Shown: in pieces, positions 17,073-26,004 of the stretch
How the letters are laid out: each line of letters opens with the position of its first letter
How positions within the stretch are numbered: position 1 is the stretch's first letter
Position numbers and translations under genes: made by a program
From: a virus
Reading direction: 5' to 3' (one strand)
Length of the DNA stretch: 64,000 nt
Virus record (IMG/VR): IMGVR_UViG_3300010371_000036
Span: 1 to 64,000 of that record
Notes under the pieces: generated by a model
Seen by the model: the letters and a program-made list of their open reading frames with translations, nothing else
Told to the model about the DNA's origin: nothing
Databases searched by the model: none

Positions 17073-17497
17073 GGCTCGTACTTCGGGAGCTTCGGCGCGC
17101 CCGGGTCATAGGGCCCGCCCTTCGTCTCGAAGAAGAGCGTCGGCGCCTCGTCGTTCCGCGCGTAGCGGATGTAGGAGAGGAGCTCCCTCATCAGGTCGGA
17201 GCCGAGGACGGCCTGGAGCGCGATCCGCTCGATGGGGGAGACCGCCCGCTCGAGCGTCACGACGACGTGCTGCCGGCCCGGCTTCCCGCTCGGTGAGGGC
17301 CTCACCACGTAGGTGAGCGGGACGTGCTCCCGGAGCTTCGCGACGCGCTCGAGGAAGAACTCCCACGCCTCCGCGGAATCGATGTCGAGAAAGAGCTCGC
17401 GGGCGCGGGGCTTCACGACGACGCGGCCCTTCTTCTCGGCGTCGCTCTCCGCCTTCTCGAGGCGGTCGTAGCCACTCGTCGCTAGGTCGCTCGCCAT
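17069..17497 (-). CDS. hypothetical protein
   Basis: Clean ORF (LFLDID, SPSG, LQAVLGSD). Confidence 0.7.
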   Translation of the reverse strand: MASDLATSGYDRLEKAESDAEKKGRVVVKPRARELFLDIDSAEAWEFFLERVAKLREHVPLTYVVRPSPSGKPGRQHVVVTLERAVSPIERIALQAVLGSDLMRELLSYIRYARNDEAPTLFFETKGGPYDPGAPKLPKYEP

Positions 17498-17506
17498 GGC
17501 GCCCGC

Positions 17507-17734
17507 CTACGCCGCGCCCGGGGCGGTCTCGGCCCGGAGCTGGAAGCGCCAGCCCTCGGCCGTCAGCGTGTCCTCGAGCGCCTTCCGGAGGCGGAGGGCC
17601 TCGCGGATCGTCGCCGGCTGCGTCAGCGGCGCCCAGTAGAACTTCCCCGCCTCGTCGGCGTCGGCGCTCTCCCTCACGAGTTCGACGTCGACGACCCAGC
17701 GCTTCTTCGGCGGCTCCTGCTTCCTCTTCGACAT
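17507..17734 (-). CDS. hypothetical protein
   Basis: ATG 10 nt after GCGCGGCAT. Confidence 0.65.
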   Translation of the reverse strand: MSKRKQEPPKKRWVVDVELVRESADADEAGKFYWAPLTQPATIREALRLRKALEDTLTAEGWRFQLRAETAPGAA

Positions 17735-17752
17735 GTTCGACCGGATGCCGCG

Positions 17753-17935
17753 CTACGCGGGCGACCCGCCGTCGTCTTCCCAGCGCTGCTTCTCCAGATC
17801 CCGGAGCGCGATCTCCTCGAGGAACCCGCGGATCGTCCACGCGGTGCGCGGGAGGCGGTCCGCCGCCATCTCCAGCGTCTCCCCCTCCTCGCCCCGCATC
17901 ACGACGCCGGCGACCTTCGCCCATCGATTCTTCAC
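17753..17935 (-). CDS. hypothetical protein (WEDDGG C-terminus)
   Basis: GTG overlaps the sbcC stop. Confidence 0.55.
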   Translation of the reverse strand: MKNRWAKVAGVVMRGEEGETLEMAADRLPRTAWTIRGFLEEIALRDLEKQRWEDDGGSPA

Positions 17936-19908
17936 GCGATGACCCTCACCGTCGAGCACCCGTCCTCCGAGACGATCTCGATCCTCCCGGGGAGGACCTC
18001 GAGCGTCTCCCGGTGGTGCGAGACGACGAGCGCCTGGGCGAACCCCGCCATCCGGAGGACCGCCGGCAGGTGCGACGCGAAGGCGACCCGGTTCGACGCA
18101 TCCATCTTCGCGGTCGCCTCGTCGATCGTCGTCGTCGCCCAGGCGCTCGCGCGGTCCTCGCGGAGCCAGCGGCTCGCCCCGAGCGAGACCGCGACCCCGC
18201 CGAAGTCGTCCGCCGCCCCGCTCCGCCGGCTCGGCGTGATGTCGAGCTTCTCGGCGAACTTCTGCCCGCGCTCCGCCCCGCACCGCGCGCAGGCGCGGAC
18301 CTTCCTCGAGGACGGGAACGCGGCGCCGCAGCCCCCGCAGGCGTCGGCGAGCCCACTCCCCTCCCGGGCCCAGGTGATCCGGACGCGGAGCGGGAGATGC
18401 TCGAGCTCGAACTCGTCGAGCATCTCGTTCGCGTACCCCTCGATCGTCCGGAGGATCCCCTCGGCGATCTCCCGGCGCGCCCGCTCGAAGACGACCGCCG
18501 CCGCCGCCGGGACGACGAGCGCCTCCTCGAGCCGGGCGATCTCCGCCCGCGCCGCCTCCGCGTTCCGGAGCGCGTCGGCCGCCAGCCGCCGCCTCGCGTT
18601 CGCGTCGGCGAGCCGTCGCGCCGCGTTCGCGTGCTCCGTCTGCGCCAGGGAGAGCTCAAGGTCCGCGTTCGCCGGCGCCGCCGCGGAGAGCTCCTCCCAG
18701 CGATCGCGCCGCGGCTTCAGCTCCTTCGCCGCCGCCCGGAGCTCGGAGAGGCGCCGCCGGTCCGCCGCCGGCGCCTGGAGCTCGGCGTCGATCTGCCGGA
18801 CCCGGAAGGTCGCCGCCGCGAGGGCGTCCGCGGCCCGTCGCAGGCGCCCCCGCGCGTTTTCCCCCCTGGCCCGGTTCCGGACCACCGACTCGGTCACGAA
18901 GCCCGCCGCGGGGCAGCCAGCGCCCGCCACGGGGCAGACGCCGTCGAAGCTCGCCCCCTCGACCCGAGCGACGGCCCCGGCGTCTGCCCGCGCGAGCGCC
19001 TCCTCCTCCGCGAGTGCGGGACGCTTAGCGACGAGCGCATCCCGCTCCTCGAGAAGCACCTTCTCCTTCGCTTCACCGTCCTTCAGGCGCGCGGCGAGCG
19101 CCTTCCCGCTCTCGACGACGGCGTCATAGCGCGCCGCGTCCCGCGCGAGCCCCTGGTGCTCTGCCACCTGCCCCGCCCGGGCGCGGGCCGCCTCGACCTT
19201 CTTCTGCGCCGCCTCCGCCTCCCGGGCGTAAGTCGCGATCACCGCGTCAAGCCCGGAAAGGAGCTCGGCGAAGTCCCCGGGGCCTAGGAGCTGCCGCGCC
19301 GCGTGCTCCGCGCCGGCGAGGTTCCCCCGCCAGCTCCCCTTCGCCCGCTCGATCTCCCCGCAGGCCGAGACCGACGCCGCCTGCGCCTCCTCGAGCGCCT
19401 CGAGGCCGAACCAGGCCGCGAACTTCTCGAGCCGCGGCGCCGGGTCCATCGTCAGGAGGTCGCTCATCTCGTCCTGCCGGAACGACCACGTCGCGGCGTC
19501 GTCGCGCGAGAGGCCGAGCAGCGCGTCGATCTTCTCCTGCGCCGCCCCCTGCGTCGCCCCGCGCTCCGGGTCGCCGGCGGGGAAGAAGAAGAGCTTCTCG
19601 GAGTCGGCGGCGGAGAGCCGGCGCTCGACCCGGTCGCCGGTCGAGAAGACGACCTCGACGTAGCCGCCCGACTCGCCGTGGGAGATCCAGTCCTTCTTCA
19701 GGCGGCAGTCGCGGGGGAGGCGGCCCGTCAGCGCGTAGTCGATCGCCTCGCAGAGCGCGCTCTTACCGAGCGCGTTGCTCCGCTTCTCGTTGCGCGCGTG
19801 CCGCGCATAGATCCCGTAGAGCTTCGGCTCGAGGTCGAGCGTCTGGACGCCCCGGAGGCACTTGAAGTTCGAGATCCTCAGCCGCGCGATCGTCAGCTCC
19901 GTCGACAT
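17932..19908 (-). CDS. sbcC: SbcC/Rad50-like SMC ATPase
   Basis: LRISNFKC, SNALGKS (Walker A), FRQDE (Q-loop), coiled coil with a central Cys hook, SG signature, IDEATAKMD (Walker B), VVSH. Confidence 0.85.
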   Translation of the reverse strand: MSTELTIARLRISNFKCLRGVQTLDLEPKLYGIYARHARNEKRSNALGKSALCEAIDYALTGRLPRDCRLKKDWISHGESGGYVEVVFSTGDRVERRLSAADSEKLFFFPAGDPERGATQGAAQEKIDALLGLSRDDAATWSFRQDEMSDLLTMDPAPRLEKFAAWFGLEALEEAQAASVSACGEIERAKGSWRGNLAGAEHAARQLLGPGDFAELLSGLDAVIATYAREAEAAQKKVEAARARAGQVAEHQGLARDAARYDAVVESGKALAARLKDGEAKEKVLLEERDALVAKRPALAEEEALARADAGAVARVEGASFDGVCPVAGAGCPAAGFVTESVVRNRARGENARGRLRRAADALAAATFRVRQIDAELQAPAADRRRLSELRAAAKELKPRRDRWEELSAAAPANADLELSLAQTEHANAARRLADANARRRLAADALRNAEAARAEIARLEEALVVPAAAAVVFERARREIAEGILRTIEGYANEMLDEFELEHLPLRVRITWAREGSGLADACGGCGAAFPSSRKVRACARCGAERGQKFAEKLDITPSRRSGAADDFGGVAVSLGASRWLREDRASAWATTTIDEATAKMDASNRVAFASHLPAVLRMAGFAQALVVSHHRETLEVLPGRIEIVSEDGCSTVRVIA

Positions 19909-20005
19909 CTGCCCCTCACCACCGTGTAAGCCAGCGCCGCCGCCCCGAGCAGGACGAGCGCGCCGGCGACGAACGGAAGCGCCGCGGCCTCCGCGAGGAG
20001 GACCC

Positions 20006-20488
20006 TCACGAGACGCCTACCCTCTCCATCACCAGCTCGACGAACGCGACGAGCTTCTCCCGGTCCGGGACGTTCGCGGCGCGCGCCAGGGCGACGACGA
20101 CGTCGCGGTGCCGCGCGTGCGGCCTCTTCTCCCGCAGCGGGAGGGCGACGAGCGCCTTCCTCCCCCGGTCGACCCGGACCGCGAGCGCGCCCGTCCCGGC
20201 GGCGACCTCCGCGACCCGGCGGACCTCCTCCTCCGGTACGCCCTCGGGCGGGGCGACCCAGACGATCGCGCCGTCGACGTCGAAGGGCGTCCGATCCCAG
20301 GCGTGGTGGCCGGGGCCGATCGTGACGAGCGGGACGGCCCCGACGACGGGCCGGGACTCGAGACGGAACCCGGGTTCCGTCCGCGGGGCGGGGAGGTCGC
20401 CGTCGAGGAGGTCGCTCTCGATCGGGGGGCCGAGCGTCTCGGAGAGGACCTCGATCCGGGGCGCCGGCTTCTTCGGCTTACGGGCCAT
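20006..20488 (-). CDS. hypothetical protein, possibly a detached SbcD C-terminal domain
   Basis: ATG 20488; GAIVWVAPP...GALAVRV. Confidence 0.55.
   Translation of the reverse strand: MARKPKKPAPRIEVLSETLGPPIESDLLDGDLPAPRTEPGFRLESRPVVGAVPLVTIGPGHHAWDRTPFDVDGAIVWVAPPEGVPEEEVRRVAEVAAGTGALAVRVDRGRKALVALPLREKRPHARHRDVVVALARAANVPDREKLVAFVELVMERVGVS
20362..20381. repeat. 20-bp palindrome copy 5, inside CDS (TEPGFR)
   Basis: GACGGAACCCGGGTTCCGTC. Confidence 0.97.
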
Positions 20489-20714
20489 CGAGGAGCTCCA
20501 CCAGGCGGTCGCGGTACTTCTTCGCCTCCGCATCCTGGCTCACGGCGAGCTTCTCCAGGGTCTCGACGGTGATCGCCGCGACCCGGCTCCCCGGGAAGGA
20601 GAGCCGGAGGAGCCCCGCGATCATCCGGTACGTGTCCCGGCTCCCCTCGCGTAAGCCGAGATCGTAGGAGATCGCCCCGAGCGCCTTCTCCCGCTCCGTC
20701 ATCTCGGCCGGCAT
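20478..20714 (-). CDS. hypothetical protein (MPAEMTER...)
   Basis: TGATG overlap. Confidence 0.6.
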   Translation of the reverse strand: MPAEMTEREKALGAISYDLGLREGSRDTYRMIAGLLRLSFPGSRVAAITVETLEKLAVSQDAEAKKYRDRLVELLDGP

Positions 20715-21133
20715 CAGAGGACCCCCGCTCTCTGGAGCGTCGAGCGCGCGAGCTCGTAGGCCCCGGGCACGTTCCACGACCGCGAGAGACCGCTCGGGTG
20801 GGGGAGGAAGACGAAGGTCCGGGGCCCGGAGTCGTCGACCACGTTCTCCGCGAACGTGAACCCGAACGCGCTCTGGACCTTCGCGCCGAGGAGGACGAAG
20901 GCGCCGACCTTGCGCTCGGCGAGGAGCTCGAGGGCCCGGGCACGCGCCTCCCGGATCCGCCACGGGCCGGCGCAGAGGTTCGCCCGGTCGAAGCGGGAGA
21001 TGTAATCCCGGATCCCCAGACCCATCACGAGCCGGCAGAGGCGACCGCCGGCGGAGTTCTCCGGAGCCGGGTAGAGCGCGTAGCGCGGATCGCTCCCGTA
21101 CGGGTTCGACTCGCCGACGAGGAGGGGCTTCAT
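20714..21133 (-). CDS. uracil-DNA-glycosylase-like protein
   Basis: LLVGESNP, SAGGRL, NL, VLLGAKV, LPHPSG. Confidence 0.65.
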   Translation of the reverse strand: MKPLLVGESNPYGSDPRYALYPAPENSAGGRLCRLVMGLGIRDYISRFDRANLCAGPWRIREARARALELLAERKVGAFVLLGAKVQSAFGFTFAENVVDDSGPRTFVFLPHPSGLSRSWNVPGAYELARSTLQRAGVL

Positions 21134-21136
21134 CGA

Positions 21137-21871
21137 TCAGATCTCCGCGATGAGGAACCGGGGCTCGTTCTTCGCCTCGCCGCGCGTCAGGCGGGCGAGG
21201 GCGCCGGGGACGACGACACCCCCGGGTGTCATCTGCGGCGTATGGAAGTGGCCGCAAAACTTCGCCCACCCCGGCGGAACGACGTCGAGCGGGAACGGGA
21301 CGGCGCGGCCGCGGGGCATCTCGAGCGTCTCCTCGCCCTCCAGCGCCCCGGGGATGTACGTCGCGTGCGCGAGGACGACGCCGGTCCGCCGAATATTCAT
21401 CGGCTGGTCTCCCCACTTCGCGACCTCCCTCAAGAGGCACTCCCGCATGTCGTAGCCCCCGGAGACCGGCGGGTACGGTAGGGCGAGGACCTGGACGTCG
21501 TCGAAGAGGAAGCTCCCCCCAGACTCGAAGAGCGTGACGAGGTTCCACGGGTCGCGTGCGAGAGCGCGGAGGGGCGAGAGTGTCGTCCGCCCCCGCCCGT
21601 TCTGGTCGACGTCGTGATTCCCCGCGAGGAGGACGCTCCGCTTCCTCTCACGCGTGACCCGGAGCACGAGCTCGAGGAGGAGCTCGACGCCACGGGCGAC
21701 CTCCGGGCCGTCTTCCGGGTCGCAGAGGTCACCGAGGAACGCCCAGACGTCGGCACGCGAGTCGAGGAGCGCGTCGACCGTCTGGTGAGCGGCGCGGGAG
21801 ATCTCGTCGAACCGGTCGACGCCGAGCGTCCGGCGGTCCGTGTGCAGGTCCGAGCAGAGGACGAGCTTCAC
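21137..21871 (-). CDS. sbcD: SbcD/Mre11-like metallophosphoesterase
   Basis: SDLH, GDL, GNHD, LAH, GHFHTPQ motifs. Confidence 0.88.
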   Translation of the reverse strand: MKLVLCSDLHTDRRTLGVDRFDEISRAAHQTVDALLDSRADVWAFLGDLCDPEDGPEVARGVELLLELVLRVTRERKRSVLLAGNHDVDQNGRGRTTLSPLRALARDPWNLVTLFESGGSFLFDDVQVLALPYPPVSGGYDMRECLLREVAKWGDQPMNIRRTGVVLAHATYIPGALEGEETLEMPRGRAVPFPLDVVPPGWAKFCGHFHTPQMTPGGVVVPGALARLTRGEAKNEPRFLIAEI

Positions 21872-22071
21872 GACTCCTCCTCGACGAACTGGCAGCTCCC
21901 GCAGGTGTTCCCGTTCCAGTCGCGGATCTTCATCGCCGGGAACGGGCCAGCGTCGATCTCCGCGTTCGTGAGCCGCGCGACGGCGAGCGCGACCTCCCGG
22001 AGCGCGGACGCGACGTGGCGCGGCTCGGTCATCCCGTCGTTCCCCAGCTCGATCGTCAGGACGAACTTCAC
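21868..22071 (-). CDS. hypothetical phage protein (IRDWNGNTCG)
   Basis: GTG start; I-x-D-x-NGN-x-x-G pattern. Confidence 0.65.
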   Translation of the reverse strand: MKFVLTIELGNDGMTEPRHVASALREVALAVARLTNAEIDAGPFPAMKIRDWNGNTCGSCQFVEEES

Positions 22072-22409
22072 GGCTTCACCTCGCGCTCGACGCCCGAGTG
22101 AAGCGGGCAACCCTTATCCCGGCATCCTCCGGACCCGGGGAGGACCTTCTGAGCCTCCCGGCTCGCCTCCGCGGCGCTCTCGTCGGAGACATTCGAGAGC
22201 TCGTGGTACCCGGCGACCGAGTAGCCGATCATCTGGTAGAAGTCCTCCCAGTCCGCCTGGGAGAACGCATCCGGCGGGACGAGCCCGTCGATCCCCGCGA
22301 GCTGATTCAGACCGAACCCCCGCTTCTGGGCCTCGTCGAAGAGGCGACTCACGATCACGTTCTTCTCGAACCGGATCGTCCCCCGCGGGTCGACGACTAT
22401 CTTCCGCAT
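22068..22409 (-). CDS. hypothetical phage protein
   Basis: GTIRFEKNVIV...QMIGYSVAGYHEL; ATG 10 nt after the motif. Confidence 0.75.
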   Translation of the reverse strand: MRKIVVDPRGTIRFEKNVIVSRLFDEAQKRGFGLNQLAGIDGLVPPDAFSQADWEDFYQMIGYSVAGYHELSNVSDESAAEASREAQKVLPGSGGCRDKGCPLHSGVEREVKP

Positions 22410-22433
22410 GGCGGGGGAGATGCCGCGCCGGCT

Positions 22434-22706
22434 CTAGCGGCTCTTCCCGCCGTCGATGACGAAGAGCCCCCCGCCCTTCCTCGACGGCTTCTTCCCGCCG
22501 GCGGGCGGGCCGAGGAGCGGGCGCCGGCGGTCGTAGGCGACGACCTCCCCGCGGTGCCCCTTCGTCCCGCAGCACAGGCCGTCGCGCCCCTCGAACCGCG
22601 CCGAGTCTACGGCCGCCTTCTCGCTCGCGAGAACCTTGAACGCGCCGCAGTCGAAGAGGACGAGGTAGAGGCTCGGCCACGGCCGGAGCCTCTTCATCGT
22701 GGCCAT
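22434..22706 (-). CDS. hypothetical protein
   Basis: TGATG overlap with recA. Confidence 0.55.
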   Translation of the reverse strand: MATMKRLRPWPSLYLVLFDCGAFKVLASEKAAVDSARFEGRDGLCCGTKGHRGEVVAYDRRRPLLGPPAGGKKPSRKGGGLFVIDGGKSR

Positions 22707-23887
22707 CACGTCCCTCCAACGACATCGGCGCGGACCTCGTGGCCGAACTTCTTCCGGCACGCCGCCTCGATCGCGTCGAGGACCTCCGGCTTCGCCTTCT
22801 CGAGGAACTTGTTCTTGCCCTGCCAGCGGTGCCCGCCGAAGGAGAGCCAGGAGCCGCGGAGAGCGATCACCTCGAGCTGGAGGCCGAGCATCATCAGGTC
22901 CCGCGCCCGGTCGAAGCCGGGGGGCGTCAGCCGGCCGTTCGAGGTCGAAAACCACGACGTCTCGACCTCGCGCTCCCGGGCGCTCACCTTCGTCTTGTGG
23001 ATCTCGACGACGTGGAGCTCCCCGACGACGGGGCTCTTGTAGCCCTCGGTCCCCTCGCTCTCATGGATCATCTTCGCGTGCGCGATCCGGATATCGAGGC
23101 TCGCGTCGTAGTAGAGCGACGCGCCGCCGGTCGTCACCCAGTCGCGGCCGTACTTCCGGTCGTCGGCGGTCGCGTTCTTGTCCTTCGCCTCCCGGGCGAT
23201 GAACGCGATCGCGCAGCCCGTACGGCTCATCAGGGGGACGAGTCGGTCGAGCCACGCCTTGTTCATCGCCGCGCGGATCATCCCCGCGGCGCCGGAGAAG
23301 CCGTCGATCGACCCCTTCTCGTGCTCCGCGGCGTGCTTCTTCATCCGCTCGAGGATGTTCTGCGGCGTCAGCTTCCCGATCGAGTCGACGCCGAAGAGGC
23401 ACGTCGTCTCCGGCGGGATGTCCCCCTTCTTCCGCGCCTCGGCGACGCCCTCGGCAATCCGCTCGACGTCGTCGACCGCCTGCTCGTAGCTCTCCGGCCG
23501 CGAGGCGATGAGACGCGGGTCGTCGACGTACGACCCGAGGAGCTCCTCGAGCCATGGCGCCGGCGTCGTGTGCTCCGCGTCGATCGGCGCGTAGATGTGC
23601 CCCCGGCGGAGGAAGGAGAGCCCGAGCCCGTGGAGGAACGTCGTCTTGCCGAACCCGCTCTCGCCGTGGATCATGGCGATGCGGTCGATCGGCCAGCCGC
23701 CGACGCGGAGCTTCCAGTCGACGTGGGGGAAGATCGTCGGCACCGCCCGGACGCGGCGGAGGACCTCGCGCGCCGGGCGGAAGCTCTTACTCTTCGCCGC
23801 GATCTCCGCGAACGCCTTCGCGTTCGGCCGGCTCACGCTCTCCGGCGCGAACTCCGCCGCCGTCTCCTCCTTCGACCGCCTTGCCAT
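22706..23887 (-). CDS. recA: RecA/UvsX-like recombinase
   Basis: VGGWP, HGESGFGKTT, IDAEH, VDSI, TTGGASLYYDASLDI, KTKV, GSWLSFG...QGK. Confidence 0.9.
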   Translation of the reverse strand: MARRSKEETAAEFAPESVSRPNAKAFAEIAAKSKSFRPAREVLRRVRAVPTIFPHVDWKLRVGGWPIDRIAMIHGESGFGKTTFLHGLGLSFLRRGHIYAPIDAEHTTPAPWLEELLGSYVDDPRLIASRPESYEQAVDDVERIAEGVAEARKKGDIPPETTCLFGVDSIGKLTPQNILERMKKHAAEHEKGSIDGFSGAAGMIRAAMNKAWLDRLVPLMSRTGCAIAFIAREAKDKNATADDRKYGRDWVTTGGASLYYDASLDIRIAHAKMIHESEGTEGYKSPVVGELHVVEIHKTKVSAREREVETSWFSTSNGRLTPPGFDRARDLMMLGLQLEVIALRGSWLSFGGHRWQGKNKFLEKAKPEVLDAIEAACRKKFGHEVRADVVGGT

Positions 23888-23931
23888 GCGAACCTTCCTC
23901 GGTTACGAATTCGCTATTCGATATCCCTACT

Positions 23932-25623
23932 TCAGAACGGGATGTCGTCCGAGGGGTCGCCCGGGAAGCCGTCGCCGTTGAACGGGTCAGGGTCCGGAGC
24001 GACGGCGGGCGCGGGAGCCGCCGCCGGGGCACCGAACGCGCCCGGGGGCGGGACGAACGGCGCGGGAGCCGGAGCCGCCGGGGGCGCGAAGGGCGCGGCC
24101 GGGGGCGAGAACCCGGGCGGGGGAGCCGCGGGAGCGGGCGCGGCGCCGAGGGAGCTCCGCTTCGGGCGCGCCGGCGGCGGGGGGACCGGCGCCTGCTCGA
24201 CGACGTAGACCATCCCGCAGTGCGGGCACTTCGTGTCCGTCGCGAGAAGGACCTTCCCGCACTGATCGCAATCGAACTCCTGGACCGGCGCCGCCGGCGG
24301 GGGAGCGACGAAGACGGGGTTCACCGGCGCCGCGGCCTGCGTGACGGGCGGGTAGACGCCGGAGTACTCCGAGATCGGAGCGACGGCGGAGGGCGCAAAC
24401 GCCGCAGGGACCTGGGCGAACGCCGGATTCGGCGGCGGGGGCGCCATGTGCTGCTGCTCGATCCGCGAGTGCTCATCGTACATCGCTCGCCGCTCCGCCG
24501 GCGTGCGCGCCGCCTCGGCCTGCGCCTTCGTCTCCGCGTCCGCCTTCTCGCGCGCCTCGAGCTCGAGCGCCTTCGCGAAGTAGGAGTCGAGCGGGAGCTT
24601 GACGAGCATGTGCTCCTCGAGCCGGGCGCGGAGCTGCTTCAGGTTGAAGCGCTCGGCGAGCTTCGACGCGTCCGGCGGCGTCGAGCGGAGGAGCTCGTAG
24701 ACCTGCTGCGTCAGCGGGATCTGCCGCATCGGCATCGCGTCGTAGTACTTCGTCATGTCCCGCTCGCCGGCGACCTTGTTGAACTCGAGCCGGATGACGT
24801 ACGGGTGCCGCTGCGGGTCCCCCTTCACGCCCTCGGGGTCGGAAGGGCAGCGCGCCTCCTTGATCGCCTTCGCGATCGCGTCCTGGACCTTGCCCGCGAG
24901 GCCCTTACCACCGAACATCACCTGGACGCCCGCCTGGACGTCGTCGTTGTCGACGACCGTGAAGACGAACTCTGGCTTGACCCGCGCGTCCTGCGAGAAC
25001 GCCGCGTTGTCCCCCTTCTGGTAGACCGGCCCGAGCCACTTCGACGCCGGGAAGAACGGGTCCTGCCCCGCGAGCTGCGCGGCGCGGACGTTCGGGTCCC
25101 CGCTCTCGGCGCCGGAGAGGTCGACGAGCTTGCAGTGGAGCGGGAGCTTCTCCGGCTTCCACTGGAACATGCCGGTGAACCCGCCCGCGTGGTAGATCTT
25201 CGTCTTCCGCGGGTCGGTCCCCTCGAACTTGAAGATGGGCAGGCGCCAGTCGATCTTCTTCTGGACGATGAGCTCGATCAGGTGCTCCTGCATGATGCAC
25301 ATCGGGCAGACGCACGGCGGGACCTCGCGCCGGTACGTCACCTTGTCGCGGAAATTCGCCGACTCCTGGACCTCCTCGCTCTCGTAGCACCCGAGCTGGT
25401 CGCCGTAGACGTCGCGCGTCTTCGCGCCCGTCTCCCGGTCCTCGTTCACGTGGATGCGCGTGAACTGGTGCCGGGCCAGGCCGAGGATCGGGGCGCTCGG
25501 GTGGAGCCACACGTGCGCGAAGCCGCGCTCCTTCCACTTCTTGTCGAGGTACTTGTTCCGCCCGCCCCCCGTCCCCTGGGTCATGAACTGGGCGAGGGTC
25601 ATCCCCGGTGCTCTGGTCGTCAT
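23932..25623 (-). CDS. single-stranded DNA-binding protein (gp32-like) with Zn ribbon and Pro/Ala-rich tail
   Basis: Acidic C-terminus DDIPF, CPMC and CDQC...CPHC; position next to recA. Confidence 0.6.
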   Translation of the reverse strand: MTTRAPGMTLAQFMTQGTGGGRNKYLDKKWKERGFAHVWLHPSAPILGLARHQFTRIHVNEDRETGAKTRDVYGDQLGCYESEEVQESANFRDKVTYRREVPPCVCPMCIMQEHLIELIVQKKIDWRLPIFKFEGTDPRKTKIYHAGGFTGMFQWKPEKLPLHCKLVDLSGAESGDPNVRAAQLAGQDPFFPASKWLGPVYQKGDNAAFSQDARVKPEFVFTVVDNDDVQAGVQVMFGGKGLAGKVQDAIAKAIKEARCPSDPEGVKGDPQRHPYVIRLEFNKVAGERDMTKYYDAMPMRQIPLTQQVYELLRSTPPDASKLAERFNLKQLRARLEEHMLVKLPLDSYFAKALELEAREKADAETKAQAEAARTPAERRAMYDEHSRIEQQHMAPPPPNPAFAQVPAAFAPSAVAPISEYSGVYPPVTQAAAPVNPVFVAPPPAAPVQEFDCDQCGKVLLATDTKCPHCGMVYVVEQAPVPPPPARPKRSSLGAAPAPAAPPPGFSPPAAPFAPPAAPAPAPFVPPPGAFGAPAAAPAPAVAPDPDPFNGDGFPGDPSDDIPF

Positions 25624-25629
25624 TCGCTC

Positions 25630-26004
25630 TTATCCTTTCGTCCGCCGTCCTAGTTGCCGCGCGTTGAGGCTCGCGGCCTCTCCGATGAGGTAATCGAGCG
25701 GCGAGAGCCGCCCCTCCCTCTTCCGGAGCGTCGCCGCCCCGTACGCGGCCGCCATCTTCTCGAACTCTATCACCTGCCGGTCGAGCTCCCGGAGAAGCCC
25801 GTCGACCCGGACCGGGTTCACCCTCGCGCCCCGGAGAGACCTCGAGAACGCGCGGCGCGAGACGACCCCGCGGGCGTGCGCCTTGTCGTAGTAGAGGCGG
25901 GCCGCGGTCTCGTACGCGCCGTCGAGGAACTGCCGGTCCGCCTCCTGCCCGAGGAGCGTCCGCGCAATGTGCTCGCCGTGCCACGCCTTCGAGATCGTTA
26001 CCAT
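25630..26004 (-). CDS. hypothetical protein
   Basis: Clean ORF abutting its neighbours. Confidence 0.65.
   Translation of the reverse strand: MVTISKAWHGEHIARTLLGQEADRQFLDGAYETAARLYYDKAHARGVVSRRAFSRSLRGARVNPVRVDGLLRELDRQVIEFEKMAAAYGAATLRKREGRLSPLDYLIGEAASLNARQLGRRTKG

Noticed and set aside
23940-24480. GCC/CCG-rich quasi-repeats
   Set aside because: Explained by the Pro/Ala-rich linker of the SSB-like protein.
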